Origin: a virus
Taxonomy: Duplodnaviria; Caudoviricetes
IMG/VR virus record: IMGVR_UViG_3300037119_004150
Location: 1-60,457 of that record
Length of the DNA stretch: 60,457 nucleotides
Strand: one strand, 5' to 3'
Shown: piece after piece, positions 9,704 through 19,488 of the stretch
How positions within the stretch are numbered: the stretch's first letter is position 1
Layout of the letters: each line of letters begins with the position of its first letter
Program-made: the position numbers and the translations under genes
The notes under the pieces: model-generated
Database searches by the model: none
The model's input: the letters and a program-made list of their open reading frames with translations, nothing else
Told to the model about the DNA's origin: nothing

Positions 9704-9890
9704 GGATGTTTATACAGCTTACTGTGTTGATCAAGCAGTAGCTACTTTTGGTTCTAGTATAACTGCCGAACTTGATAAGATTGATGACAAAGATCCTAAA
9801 AAGGTTGAACGGAAGCGAGAGGCACGGCTCTACCAACTTTTGGATATTCCGGTTCAACAAAGGTTTAAGTCTTTCAAACAAGGGAGGTGA
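9618..9890 (+). CDS. Tail assembly chaperone C-terminal extension, +1 frame (predicted frameshift product)
   Basis: +1 frame open 9546-9890, ends 3 nt before tape measure; TTT-CGT shift site at 9617-9622. Confidence 0.65.
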   Translation, partial: FVGNSLSMWAMYQEAKTWSCRPSHLLAIEDVYTAYCVDQAVATFGSSITAELDKIDDKDPKKVERKREARLYQLLDIPVQQRFKSFKQGR

Positions 9891-9893
9891 GTT

Positions 9894-12701
9894 ATGCCTG
9901 ACTACAATCTGGGTACAGCTAGAGGTCGCGTCGATATTGATGGTTCCTCTATCCGAGAAACATCCCGTGAGTTAAAGAACGCGGATATTGTACTCAGACA
10001 AACTGGTCAGTCACTCATTAACTTTGGTACTCAAGCTTTACAAGCTTTCGGGTATGTTGTTAATATTGGTCGAGAGTTCGAACGAAACATGGATTTCGTT
10101 CAATCAGTGTCGGGTGCTACTGAGCAAGATATTGCTCGGTTGACCGATGTAGCTATTGAGTTGGGTAAGAACGGTCCGTTCGGTCCCATTGAGTTATCAG
10201 AATCCTTCATTGAGCTTGCTAAGGCTGGTGTGGGAGTAGATGATATCATCAACGGGATCGGACAGTCCGTTGTTAGCCTTGGTGCAGCTGCAGATATTAC
10301 TACTGAACAAGCTGGGGATATTGTTGTTCAGACTGCAGCGATTTTCGGATTAGCCGCAGAGGAAGTACCTCGAGCTACTGACTTGATCGCTGGTGCAGCT
10401 AACGCATCTATGATTGATGTTCAGGACTTTGCCACTACTCTTAAGTATGCTGGTCCTGTTGCAGCTGCTTTGGGTATTGACCTCGAAGACCTTGCAACTA
10501 CAATCTCCTTGCTTGGTCAGTCTGGTATTAAGGGTTCTCAGGCTGGTACTTCGCTGAGGCAGGTCATGTTGAACCTGTCGGGTGCCACACCTAAGGCCAT
10601 TGAGACCATGAAAGAGTTTGGCATTATTACTGAAGATGGAACTAACATCTTCTATGATGCCGAGGGTCAACTTAAATCTCTTGATCAGGTCTTTGGACTT
10701 CTTGGTGATCATCTTGCTGGCTTAACAGAGCGGCAAAAGAGTGATGCCCTCAGAGATATGTTCGGGGTTAGGCAGTTGCCCACACTTCTGTTCCTTATGG
10801 AGCAAGGTGTTGACGCCTTCCAAACTTTCAATGATGAGATTAATGAAACTACCGCAGCTGATGTTGCAGCCGATCGGTTAGATAACCTTGATGGTTCCAT
10901 CCGTCGATTTAAGTCAACTCTTGATGCGGTCCTTCTGGGCCCCTCTGGAGGATTCCAACTTTTCTTGAAGGATATTGTTGATAGAGGGCGAGACTTACTT
11001 CTTTGGTTTGATGGGTTATCGGATAATAGCAAAAAGTTTATTATTGCTTCTATCGGAATCATTGGTATACTCAGCTTAATGGCTGGGGCTTTCTTGTTGA
11101 CCATCGGTAATATGGTCAGGGCCTTCAGAGTTATTGCAGAACTAAGTCGAATCTTTATTGACCTTATTCCCATCATCGGTAGGGTCATTACTGCGGTTAG
11201 AGCTCTTAGTATTGCGATGTTAACTAACCCAGCAGTGTTGATTGTAGCTGCGATCATTGCCCTGATTGCCATTCTTGGTTATCTGATCTACAAGCTTTAT
11301 ACGACTAACGAAGAGTTCCGGGCCTTCGTTGATGGGCTTTGGCAAAGCATCCAACGAGTCTGGGATAGCATCTTAAACTTCCTTAAGGGTATTCCTAAGT
11401 GGTTCAAGGATACATGGAAGAAAGTCAAGGAATGGACTAATCAAACCTGGGATGACATCTATGAGAAGGTCTCTAATGTCATCGGTGGTATCATTGAGTG
11501 GTTCCAGTTACTGCCCCAGAGGGCAGCAGAACAATTTACAAAGCTCAAAGAAACTGTAGTTGCTAAGTTTAGTGAGATTACTACCGCAGTTTTAGCCTTT
11601 GTAACTGGGATTCTAGGACAAATTGGCGGTGTTTTTGCCACCATTGCTACCTCCATCATTGGATTCTTAACAAGTCTTCCCGGTACACTACTCGCTATTT
11701 TCCAGACTGTAGTTACTACTGTTCTAGCTTTCTTGGAAGAACTGCCTGGTAAAATTGGATTCATCATTGGATTCATCCTTGGTAGTTTTGTTAAGTTCGG
11801 GGTTCTCCTTGAGCAGTGGGCTTTTAATACTTTCATTAGCCTTGTCAATACGATTGTTAGTTTCTTAACTCAATTACCTGGCATTGCCTGGCGATTCTTC
11901 AATCAAGTCCTTAGTACTATCATCAATATTGGTAGTCAAATTGGGAGTGCAGCTTGGAGCATTGGTAATGAAGTCTTCAGTACTCTCTGGAATCTTCTCA
12001 GTGGAATTCCTGGGTTTGTTTTTGACTTCTTTAACTCGGCATTAAGCCACGTCATCAACTTTGTTCCTCAGTTTATTGAGGCAGTGTTCAGAATTGGTTG
12101 GGGCATTATCTCAACTTTGTTCAACTTCCTCTTAAAGTTGCCTGGTCTGATTGCTGATTGGTTTATGTCTGCTCTCAGAATGGCTGTCAGTTTTATCGGC
12201 AGTTTCCTCAGAGTAGCTTGGAGCATCGGTAAGGCAATCATTGATGGGTTGTTCTCAGTCTTAAGAAACTTGCCCTCCTTGGTGTGGAATGCATTGACTA
12301 GTGTTCTTAATGTTTTCAAGAGCATGGTGAGTAGGGCCTGGAATGCGGCTAAGGACTTTGCCGGTGGTCTATGGAATGGTTTTAAGAGTGGTCTTGGTAT
12401 TGGTTCTCCCTCTTACATTGAGTATGCAATGTTTGCGGTTGAGGATCAATTGAAGCATACTGCTGGTGTTTTGAGAAGGACTTTGAACAGTATGAATGCT
12501 CAAATGTCTACTCCATTGACTGGACCGAATATAGGTTTAACTCCGGCTGGTACAGTTGCTCATCAATCGAATGGGACTTTAGTTGTTCAAGGACCGCTGG
12601 TGGGTACAGCTTACATTCGTGAAGAGCAAGATATCTATCAGCTAACTAAGCAACTTAACAGGGAAGAGGATCGAAAGAGGAGGGGTCTTGGCCTTAACTA
12701 A
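9894..12701 (+). CDS. Tape measure protein (TP901-family core)
   Basis: 935 aa; GIKGSQAGTSLR motif, helical aromatic-periodic repeats, GIGSPS motif. Confidence 0.95.
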   Translation: MPDYNLGTARGRVDIDGSSIRETSRELKNADIVLRQTGQSLINFGTQALQAFGYVVNIGREFERNMDFVQSVSGATEQDIARLTDVAIELGKNGPFGPIELSESFIELAKAGVGVDDIINGIGQSVVSLGAAADITTEQAGDIVVQTAAIFGLAAEEVPRATDLIAGAANASMIDVQDFATTLKYAGPVAAALGIDLEDLATTISLLGQSGIKGSQAGTSLRQVMLNLSGATPKAIETMKEFGIITEDGTNIFYDAEGQLKSLDQVFGLLGDHLAGLTERQKSDALRDMFGVRQLPTLLFLMEQGVDAFQTFNDEINETTAADVAADRLDNLDGSIRRFKSTLDAVLLGPSGGFQLFLKDIVDRGRDLLLWFDGLSDNSKKFIIASIGIIGILSLMAGAFLLTIGNMVRAFRVIAELSRIFIDLIPIIGRVITAVRALSIAMLTNPAVLIVAAIIALIAILGYLIYKLYTTNEEFRAFVDGLWQSIQRVWDSILNFLKGIPKWFKDTWKKVKEWTNQTWDDIYEKVSNVIGGIIEWFQLLPQRAAEQFTKLKETVVAKFSEITTAVLAFVTGILGQIGGVFATIATSIIGFLTSLPGTLLAIFQTVVTTVLAFLEELPGKIGFIIGFILGSFVKFGVLLEQWAFNTFISLVNTIVSFLTQLPGIAWRFFNQVLSTIINIGSQIGSAAWSIGNEVFSTLWNLLSGIPGFVFDFFNSALSHVINFVPQFIEAVFRIGWGIISTLFNFLLKLPGLIADWFMSALRMAVSFIGSFLRVAWSIGKAIIDGLFSVLRNLPSLVWNALTSVLNVFKSMVSRAWNAAKDFAGGLWNGFKSGLGIGSPSYIEYAMFAVEDQLKHTAGVLRRTLNSMNAQMSTPLTGPNIGLTPAGTVAHQSNGTLVVQGPLVGTAYIREEQDIYQLTKQLNREEDRKRRGLGLN

Positions 12702-13494
12702 GACAATTACTTGGAATGGTGCTCCCTCTACTAATGTTGAAGGTCTGGTTATTGGACAGGTAACTAGAGACTTGTTAGGAGTAGCTCGAGGAAGTTTTCT
12801 TTCCGTTGGTGGTAAAGAAGGTTTCTATCACTTTGAACAGGCTCGAGGTGCTAAGAAAATTGTTGCCTCGATGTTTATCGAAGTAGAAAGTTGGCCTACT
12901 GCTCGACGAGCTGCAGTTACTGATTTTGCCAACTGGCTAGATGTAACTGGTGAAGCTAAGTTGATCATCAGTGATGAGCCAGACATCTATTACCAAGCTG
13001 TCCTTACAGACATCCCTTCACCCTCAGAGTGGCGAGATTTCGTCGCTCCTTTCGAAGTGGGTTGGACTTGTCAACCTTATGCCTATGATTTGGATGTAGG
13101 ACAAGAAGCTTGGGTTGATGATATTAGCCATACTCACACTTGGACCCCGGCTTTACTGTTGCCAGTATATCCAGTTGTTGAGATTACTCCTTTGAATGGA
13201 ACCTTAACAGCTTTTAGTTTAACTACTAATGGTTCTTTGATGACCTACACAGGCTCAGTTAGTTCTGGTAATACTCTCTCCATCAACTCTATTGCCCCCA
13301 TTGTAGTTACAGGAAGTAGTACTGATCTAGAGTTAACAGGTGCATATAACCCTGTATTGAGGTCTATGGCTGGAGTTAACGGAGCCTTTCCCATTCTGAT
13401 CCCCGGCTCCAATTCTATGGTTTTTCTTAGAACGGGTGGTACGGCTACTGGGTTTAGTATCTCAGTTACTTATAGAAAGAAGTATAGAGCGTGA
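12688..13494 (+). CDS. Distal tail (Dit) protein
   Basis: After TMP; ITWNG, LIISDEPDIYY, CQPYAY, FPILIPGSN motifs. Confidence 0.8.
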   Translation: MALTKTITWNGAPSTNVEGLVIGQVTRDLLGVARGSFLSVGGKEGFYHFEQARGAKKIVASMFIEVESWPTARRAAVTDFANWLDVTGEAKLIISDEPDIYYQAVLTDIPSPSEWRDFVAPFEVGWTCQPYAYDLDVGQEAWVDDISHTHTWTPALLLPVYPVVEITPLNGTLTAFSLTTNGSLMTYTGSVSSGNTLSINSIAPIVVTGSSTDLELTGAYNPVLRSMAGVNGAFPILIPGSNSMVFLRTGGTATGFSISVTYRKKYRA

Positions 13495-14084
13495 CGGGAT
13501 TCTCTCAACCAGTTAACACTGACTCGAATGCGGTTCAAACTTCAGCTGTCTATGGCGACCTTGGTGATGGAACTGATGGTTGGGCTCATAATACTTTAAC
13601 AGCTGACGGGGGTGATGTAACTGCTGGATCCACTACAGATGCAGCTGTTACTAACCCAGCTTCTAGTGCTACCATGATTGCTCTGCTTAAGGGCATCCTT
13701 ACCAACGTGGGAACTACCCCCATTTATCCCTCAGGTTCTACTGTAACTATTGCTGGTTCTGGTAACGTAGCAAATGCTAGTGCAGTAGCTGCTTTGGGAA
13801 CAGCCAGTGGTAAATTAACCTATCTTACTGGATTTACAGTTACTGGAGCTGGAGCTACTGCTGCTTCAGTGATTGCAGTGACTGTTGCTGGTTTATTGGG
13901 AGGTAGCAGAATCTACGATGTGGTGGTTCCTGCCGGAGTAACAACCACAATTCAACCTCTAAATGTTCAGTTTACTTATCCTCTTCCAGCCTCGGCAGTG
14001 AACACTGCTATTACTGTTACTGCAGCAGCCTTCGGGTCCGGAAATACTAATGCTGCCGCAGTGGCACAAGGATTCTACGTTTAG
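13491..14084 (+). CDS. Minor tail/virion protein
   Basis: Ala/Thr/Gly-rich, in tail module. Confidence 0.6.
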   Translation: MTGFSQPVNTDSNAVQTSAVYGDLGDGTDGWAHNTLTADGGDVTAGSTTDAAVTNPASSATMIALLKGILTNVGTTPIYPSGSTVTIAGSGNVANASAVAALGTASGKLTYLTGFTVTGAGATAASVIAVTVAGLLGGSRIYDVVVPAGVTTTIQPLNVQFTYPLPASAVNTAITVTAAAFGSGNTNAAAVAQGFYV

Positions 14085-14092
14085 GAGTTGAG

Positions 14093-14461
14093 ATGAGTGG
14101 ACTTGCCACGTATGGAGCTAATGCCATCTTAAGTGGGACAGCCGTCCCTGCTACTTTATATGTAAAACTTCACACTGGTAATCCCGGGGCAGCTGGAACA
14201 TCCAATGCAGCAGCTCTGAATACTCGTAAGTCATTTACTCGTAGTTCTCCTACTGCCGGAGTCTGTAATAACTTAGCTGACATTGAGTGGCTAGGAGCCC
14301 CTAGTGACGAGAATATTACTCACTGTTCCATCTGGGATGCTGTTTCCGGAGGAAACTGTTGGTTTATTAGTGCGGCAAGTACCCCAGTAGATTTGGACCC
14401 AGGATTTAGTATGGTCATCTCTACAGGAGATCTTGTTTTAACCATGTTGATTTGGACTTAA
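14093..14461 (+). CDS. Minor tail/fibre-associated protein; paralogue of 53505-53897
   Basis: LYVKLHTGNPGAAGTSNA...ITHCSIWDAVSGGN motif. Confidence 0.7.
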   Translation: MSGLATYGANAILSGTAVPATLYVKLHTGNPGAAGTSNAAALNTRKSFTRSSPTAGVCNNLADIEWLGAPSDENITHCSIWDAVSGGNCWFISAASTPVDLDPGFSMVISTGDLVLTMLIWT

Positions 14462-14462
14462 T

Positions 14463-16013
14463 ATGGCTCAACTTCCCATTGCTCTCATTAGACCTGGAAC
14501 AGGCTTTGGAGCTACAGCATCTGGAGCCAGTTTTGGCTTGGGACCCTATGCTGAAGCTTTGACCGGGGGTTCTACTACTACTGCTCAGCGGGGAGATGTC
14601 TATGTCTCTGTGGCTTGGACTTCTTTGGGAAGTACTCAGGATTATACTGGAACTAGTGGCTGGACTCAAGGTTATAATCAAGTAGTGGGAACGGATAAGC
14701 GACTTGGCATTTTTGCCCATGGAGCTTATCGAAGTGGAGTTGATACCACACCAGGGACTTTAGCAGTAGTTAACGGTACTAATGGAAATGTCCAAGCTCG
14801 CTTTTTGATGGCGGGGGGAGACATGACCACGATGTTTACAGATGCTCCAACAATTTCTTCGGGAACGGGCACGACCCTAACTTCACCAAGTTTAACACTG
14901 ACTCTATATTCTCGTGTTGTAAGAATTTACTTCGTAGCCAATGATGAGGCCATTAGTTCTTTAACTCCCGGGGGAGCTTTTGAGTCAGGTGGTACAAGTG
15001 TTGCCGGAACTGACTGGGCCTGGCGTGTAGTGGATGAGGGCTTGTTCGATCCTGGCAGTGTTGTTCCCAGTAGGAATGCCACTATTACTAACTCAACAGA
15101 GTGGACAGCTATGACAATTGCTGTTCCAGTTAGATTAGACGGTAGACCCATCATCATGTATAGTGGGGGGCATGCTTGGTCTGGTACTGGAACTACAAGA
15201 ACTTTTACTACTGCGACAGTTACTAGTGGTTGGTCTACGGTCGGTCAAAGTCTTCAAGCCAATGATTTATGCCTCGCCATCTTGAGCGAAGGTAAAACCT
15301 CAGATCCTACCCCGAATAATGCCGAATGGTCTATTGTAGAATATGCAACCGGTAACGTTGGTGGTGGGGTAGCTGCAGCTCTTTATGATGGGGTCAACTC
15401 AGTAGATACTACTTTTGAGTTTGGATCGGGTGGTACTGGGCAATCTATATTTAGCATGGTAATTAGGAATGTTGAAGAAGGAACTCCTTACCATGCGGAT
15501 TCTACTGCTGCCACCAATAGTACAATGTCAGCTCCCGCCTTGTCGGCTATTAATACTGCAGATATTGCTTTAGTTAACTATTTTACTGCTAGTTCTTCTG
15601 GAGATACAACCCCCGGAGCTTTAAGTACAGGACTTACTATCCAGAATACTAATGGGAGCAGTGGTAGTTTTATTTGGCGGGCTGTCAGTGGGTATCAAGA
15701 GGCTTTAGGTGTAGGTAGTCATACTGCGGCAACATCTACCCAGACTACTAATAACCCTCAAAGATACGTGGGTATTCATGTCATACTTCATGCTGTTCCC
15801 CCAGTTAGATTTCTCGAGTCAACTGGTTCTATAGACAGTACAGTAGTTTTTGATGGAGTTGGGGCCCCTGGCCCAACAGTTCTAGTAACTAATGTAGAGG
15901 TAGATAGTAATAACTATTTCTCAGGTGTAGCTTATAGACCTCAGGTTGCTCCAGATCGCAGACTCATCTGGGTGTATAATTATGCCGGTCAAAAGGTAGG
16001 CGTCGTTGATTGA
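14463..16013 (+). CDS. Minor tail protein / putative receptor-binding protein
   Basis: 516 aa Ser/Thr/Gly-rich beta protein with two similar halves. Confidence 0.65.
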   Translation: MAQLPIALIRPGTGFGATASGASFGLGPYAEALTGGSTTTAQRGDVYVSVAWTSLGSTQDYTGTSGWTQGYNQVVGTDKRLGIFAHGAYRSGVDTTPGTLAVVNGTNGNVQARFLMAGGDMTTMFTDAPTISSGTGTTLTSPSLTLTLYSRVVRIYFVANDEAISSLTPGGAFESGGTSVAGTDWAWRVVDEGLFDPGSVVPSRNATITNSTEWTAMTIAVPVRLDGRPIIMYSGGHAWSGTGTTRTFTTATVTSGWSTVGQSLQANDLCLAILSEGKTSDPTPNNAEWSIVEYATGNVGGGVAAALYDGVNSVDTTFEFGSGGTGQSIFSMVIRNVEEGTPYHADSTAATNSTMSAPALSAINTADIALVNYFTASSSGDTTPGALSTGLTIQNTNGSSGSFIWRAVSGYQEALGVGSHTAATSTQTTNNPQRYVGIHVILHAVPPVRFLESTGSIDSTVVFDGVGAPGPTVLVTNVEVDSNNYFSGVAYRPQVAPDRRLIWVYNYAGQKVGVVD

Positions 16014-18180
16014 TCTAAACTTTGAAGATCGTTTATTTGAATCTTATGTGATGAAGTTTGCTGTTCCACTTACCAGTCCTCAAGCTACTGAACTTAAAGA
16101 GGACTCTATGTTGGAATACAACGGAGAACAATTTTTCATTACTGATGTTTACAAATCTCGAAACGAAGATGGTCAACTTATCCTTAGAGTCGAGGCTGAA
16201 TCTAGTTGGATGAGGTTGACCGATAGAAAAAGACCCGGTACCTTCAGCTTAAGTGGTGTTAATGCCCGCGTAGGGCTTGAGAGAATTATTTCCGGCATGG
16301 GTTGGACCGTGGGAGAATGTACAACTTCTACCGCACCCTATGCGATGTCACTGACTGATGCGACTGTCTTACAGTTGATCTGGGAATGGGCTAAGATTAC
16401 TGGGAACGAAATTCGATTTGACCCTTCGGCGAAAACAGTCCAGATGATCCCTACGATCGGGGTTCAATTACCAGTCTCATTCCGTTATGAGAGTAATCTT
16501 CAGAGTATTGAACGACATGCTCAACCGCCCCAAGTGACTAAACTTTATCCGTATGGCAAGGATAACTTAAGTATCGCTTCCGCCAATAGTGGTGTTCCTT
16601 ATCTAGAAGATTTTACCTACTATACTCTTCAGGGTTTTACAGAAGCTCAAGCAAGAGCTTTGTATACTAAGGAAGATATCTACTATGATGAGGGCATCAC
16701 AGATGCCATTACATTGTATAATAGAGCCTCATTGTTAATGGATGCTCTTTCTGTTCCAAGTGTTGTTTATACTGCCAAGGTGGTAGATATCCCGGGTCTT
16801 TGGGATACCGACTTGGCTGATTATAAAGTGGGAGACACCGTTCATATCTATGACGAACTCATTGGTGTGGATGAGAGGGCAAGAATTAGTCGCTTAGTTC
16901 GTTGGCCAGATGACCCTGCTAACAATGAAATTGAACTCTCTTTCAATGCAGTAGTTCCTCCCGATACTACCTCTACTACTTCCCGAAGTGACCCTAATCA
17001 AAACTGGGAACTTTTTACCTCTCGGAATGATAATACTAATCGACAGATTAGACTAGGGGATACAGTACTTGCTCGGCTAAAGCTTAGTACTTCCGAGGGT
17101 GCAGAATGGATTGTTGGTTACAATCTTAAGGGAGTAGGAGTCGGTACTGGTACCATAACCATTGATGCTGTAGATGACGAAACTACTTTACCAATCTGGG
17201 ATAGCGAGACTTTCTCGGTTAGTAATGGAGTTCCTTTTCAGTATAGTTTCTCTTATGGTAAAAAGGAAATTCCCTCAGGAACCTATACATTAGTGGTGAG
17301 AGCTAATAGTAACTCCTCTACCACTGGCTTAGACATTGCCCCAGGGGACTCAAGTATGTGGGTTTTAGCTAGGTCCACTACAAAACTCACCATTTCCCTT
17401 GAAGAGTCCATCCGATTTGAGCCTATCAGTGGTGGGGCTTTTATTCAATACTTTACTGTTCCGGATGATATCTCACAGATTCAAATTGAAGCTGTAGGAG
17501 CGGGTGGGGGAGGCGGAGGCTTCCAGAGTTCTGGTGGTCGAGGCGGGCAAGTTTCTGCTAAGTTCCCCGTTATAGCCGGAACTACTTACTCAGTATGGGT
17601 CGGAACTGCAGGAAATGATAGTGAACCAGGGTGGCCTAACGGAGGCTTTGGAGAGAATAGTAGTAACCAGTCTCCAGGAGGTGGAGGAAGTTCTTCTGTT
17701 CAACCTTATGTTACTTATACTACTAACCCCAATGCTCAGCTAAACGCTTTTCTTGGTTCTCTATCTGGAGCCTTAATTGTGGCCGGGGGTGGAGGAGGAG
17801 GTGGAGATAACTTCTTTACCACACCTAATGGCGGTGGTGATGCTGGTTTCTATACCGGGGGTAAGAATGAAGATCTTCATGGTACAGTGGCGACTCAGTT
17901 TGTGGGTGGGTCACTTGTTGGTACAGCTCCGTTTGACGGTTCTTTTGGACTAGGCGGAACTGGTACAAATGTGGGGGCTGTCTTACGTGCTAGTTGTGGC
18001 GGAGGCGGTGGCGGTTGGTATGGTGGCTATGCCACAACTTCAACAGGTGCGGGTACTTATGAAGGCGAGGGAGGAGGTGGAGGATCTGGTTGGGTTCACC
18101 CTTCTGCATTTGACTTGGAATTTGACAATGGTCAAAACTCTGAGGATGGATACATTCTCATTTCATGGAAGTACGAGTAA
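16006..18180 (+). CDS. Tail-associated Tal/hub protein with C-terminal glycine-rich domain
   Basis: VTKLYPYGKD, KVGDTVHIYD...RARI motifs of prophage tail endopeptidase-like family; GAGGGGG...GGGGGGWYGG glycine-rich tail. Confidence 0.8.
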   Translation: MIDLNFEDRLFESYVMKFAVPLTSPQATELKEDSMLEYNGEQFFITDVYKSRNEDGQLILRVEAESSWMRLTDRKRPGTFSLSGVNARVGLERIISGMGWTVGECTTSTAPYAMSLTDATVLQLIWEWAKITGNEIRFDPSAKTVQMIPTIGVQLPVSFRYESNLQSIERHAQPPQVTKLYPYGKDNLSIASANSGVPYLEDFTYYTLQGFTEAQARALYTKEDIYYDEGITDAITLYNRASLLMDALSVPSVVYTAKVVDIPGLWDTDLADYKVGDTVHIYDELIGVDERARISRLVRWPDDPANNEIELSFNAVVPPDTTSTTSRSDPNQNWELFTSRNDNTNRQIRLGDTVLARLKLSTSEGAEWIVGYNLKGVGVGTGTITIDAVDDETTLPIWDSETFSVSNGVPFQYSFSYGKKEIPSGTYTLVVRANSNSSTTGLDIAPGDSSMWVLARSTTKLTISLEESIRFEPISGGAFIQYFTVPDDISQIQIEAVGAGGGGGGFQSSGGRGGQVSAKFPVIAGTTYSVWVGTAGNDSEPGWPNGGFGENSSNQSPGGGGSSSVQPYVTYTTNPNAQLNAFLGSLSGALIVAGGGGGGGDNFFTTPNGGGDAGFYTGGKNEDLHGTVATQFVGGSLVGTAPFDGSFGLGGTGTNVGAVLRASCGGGGGGWYGGYATTSTGAGTYEGEGGGGGSGWVHPSAFDLEFDNGQNSEDGYILISWKYE

Positions 18181-18189
18181 GGAGGCTGG

Positions 18190-18633
18190 GTGATTTGGTT
18201 ACCCCTGTTAAACAATCTAGCCTCCGCTGATAGCGGAAATACGGCCCAGCCATTACTGACGACATTAGTTCTTCTCGTTATTGGCTCGGGAACCGGGGGA
18301 ATTATAGGTGCTATTGTCACGTGGAAAAGATTCAAGGTTGAGCAACAAACTAGTGTTGTTCAGAATAAGGTGGATCTTCAGTATGTTGACGTAGAACAAT
18401 TTAAGGCAATGTTCCCAGGTGGACTGGGAGATGCCGTTGAACACTGGCGGGACGAGGCTAAGGGCCTCTATATCGAAGTGGACGACTTAAGAGAACAACG
18501 TGTTAGTGACCATGATGAGATAAGATTGCTTAAACTGGAGTTAGCTAGTACTAAACGACAGCTTGATCATACTGTGGCTGCCCTAGCACGAGCTGAAAGT
18601 AGGATTAGAATCTTGGAAGGACCTGAAGGTTAA
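18190..18633 (+). CDS. Membrane protein with coiled coil (lysis module)
   Basis: One N-terminal TM segment, C-terminal coiled coil. Confidence 0.65.
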   Translation: MIWLPLLNNLASADSGNTAQPLLTTLVLLVIGSGTGGIIGAIVTWKRFKVEQQTSVVQNKVDLQYVDVEQFKAMFPGGLGDAVEHWRDEAKGLYIEVDDLREQRVSDHDEIRLLKLELASTKRQLDHTVAALARAESRIRILEGPEG

Positions 18634-19064
18634 TGGAAGAAAACGTTAGCAATGATCTGAAGGCCTTATCCGAGTTGGAGATTCCGCCTAAATCTGACCC
18701 TATTGGCAGAAACATTGTCAAGTGGACTGTACTATTAGTTTGTATTACTGTACTAGGTGCTTTGATCATTGTAACCTATGCCCTCCTTCAATCTTATGAT
18801 GAGAAGAAGGATATTAGAGAACAACTAAGTTGTGTTAGAAGCTCAACTGTGTTGGTGGATAAAACCTTTGCCAATGGTATGATTGTTCTCATTGACAATG
18901 ATAATACTATTCTTGCCGCTTTACAAGCGGTCAGTGTTAATGATCAAGCTCACTTGACCGAGCTTTTAGCCTCGTTTACCGATAGGGTGGCGGAAGGAGA
19001 AGCATCTAAAACCGACCTTATCCGTTCCATTGAAGTCCGTGAAGACGCACTTGATCGTTGTTAA
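18633..19064 (+). CDS. Membrane protein (lysis module)
   Basis: TM segment WTVLLVCITVLGALIIVTYALL. Confidence 0.65.
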   Translation: MEENVSNDLKALSELEIPPKSDPIGRNIVKWTVLLVCITVLGALIIVTYALLQSYDEKKDIREQLSCVRSSTVLVDKTFANGMIVLIDNDNTILAALQAVSVNDQAHLTELLASFTDRVAEGEASKTDLIRSIEVREDALDRC

Positions 19065-19075
19065 GGAGAAAATAA

Positions 19076-19474
19076 ATGACTAGTGTTGTTGTTACTCGGG
19101 AAGATTCCCCCTTACGTTATAATAAGCTTCTCGTTCAAGTCATCGCAGTGGTAGTGGCCTTTGTCACTTCTATCCAGATGCAGGGTGCTGAGTGGGGACT
19201 CCCCCTTGGCACGGCTATCTCGGGTGTAGCTGCCGCACTTGCTGTCTGGTGGACTGAGAATACAGTAGCTGTCCCCCTGGGTAAGTTTTATGCTGCCATT
19301 ACTACATCGTTCGGTGTGGCTTTGTCGGCCGTGATTGCTCAGTCAGAATGGCGAACGGCTCTGGCCACATTCATCGTCTCGGTCTTGGGCGCTTTCGCAG
19401 TGCTCATTACACCGAATGCTCAGCCCGCTACCCCACTTACAGTGGATCCAAAGGTTGTTGAGCCTCCTCGATAA
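19076..19474 (+). CDS. Holin-like protein
   Basis: Four hydrophobic segments, directly before endolysin. Confidence 0.7.
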   Translation: MTSVVVTREDSPLRYNKLLVQVIAVVVAFVTSIQMQGAEWGLPLGTAISGVAAALAVWWTENTVAVPLGKFYAAITTSFGVALSAVIAQSEWRTALATFIVSVLGAFAVLITPNAQPATPLTVDPKVVEPPR

Positions 19475-19488
19475 AGGATATACCACAC

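Noticed and set aside
14463-18180. Diversity-generating retroelement targeting tail fibres
   Set aside because: No reverse transcriptase and no TR/VR pair seen; terminal-repeat differences are not adenine-specific
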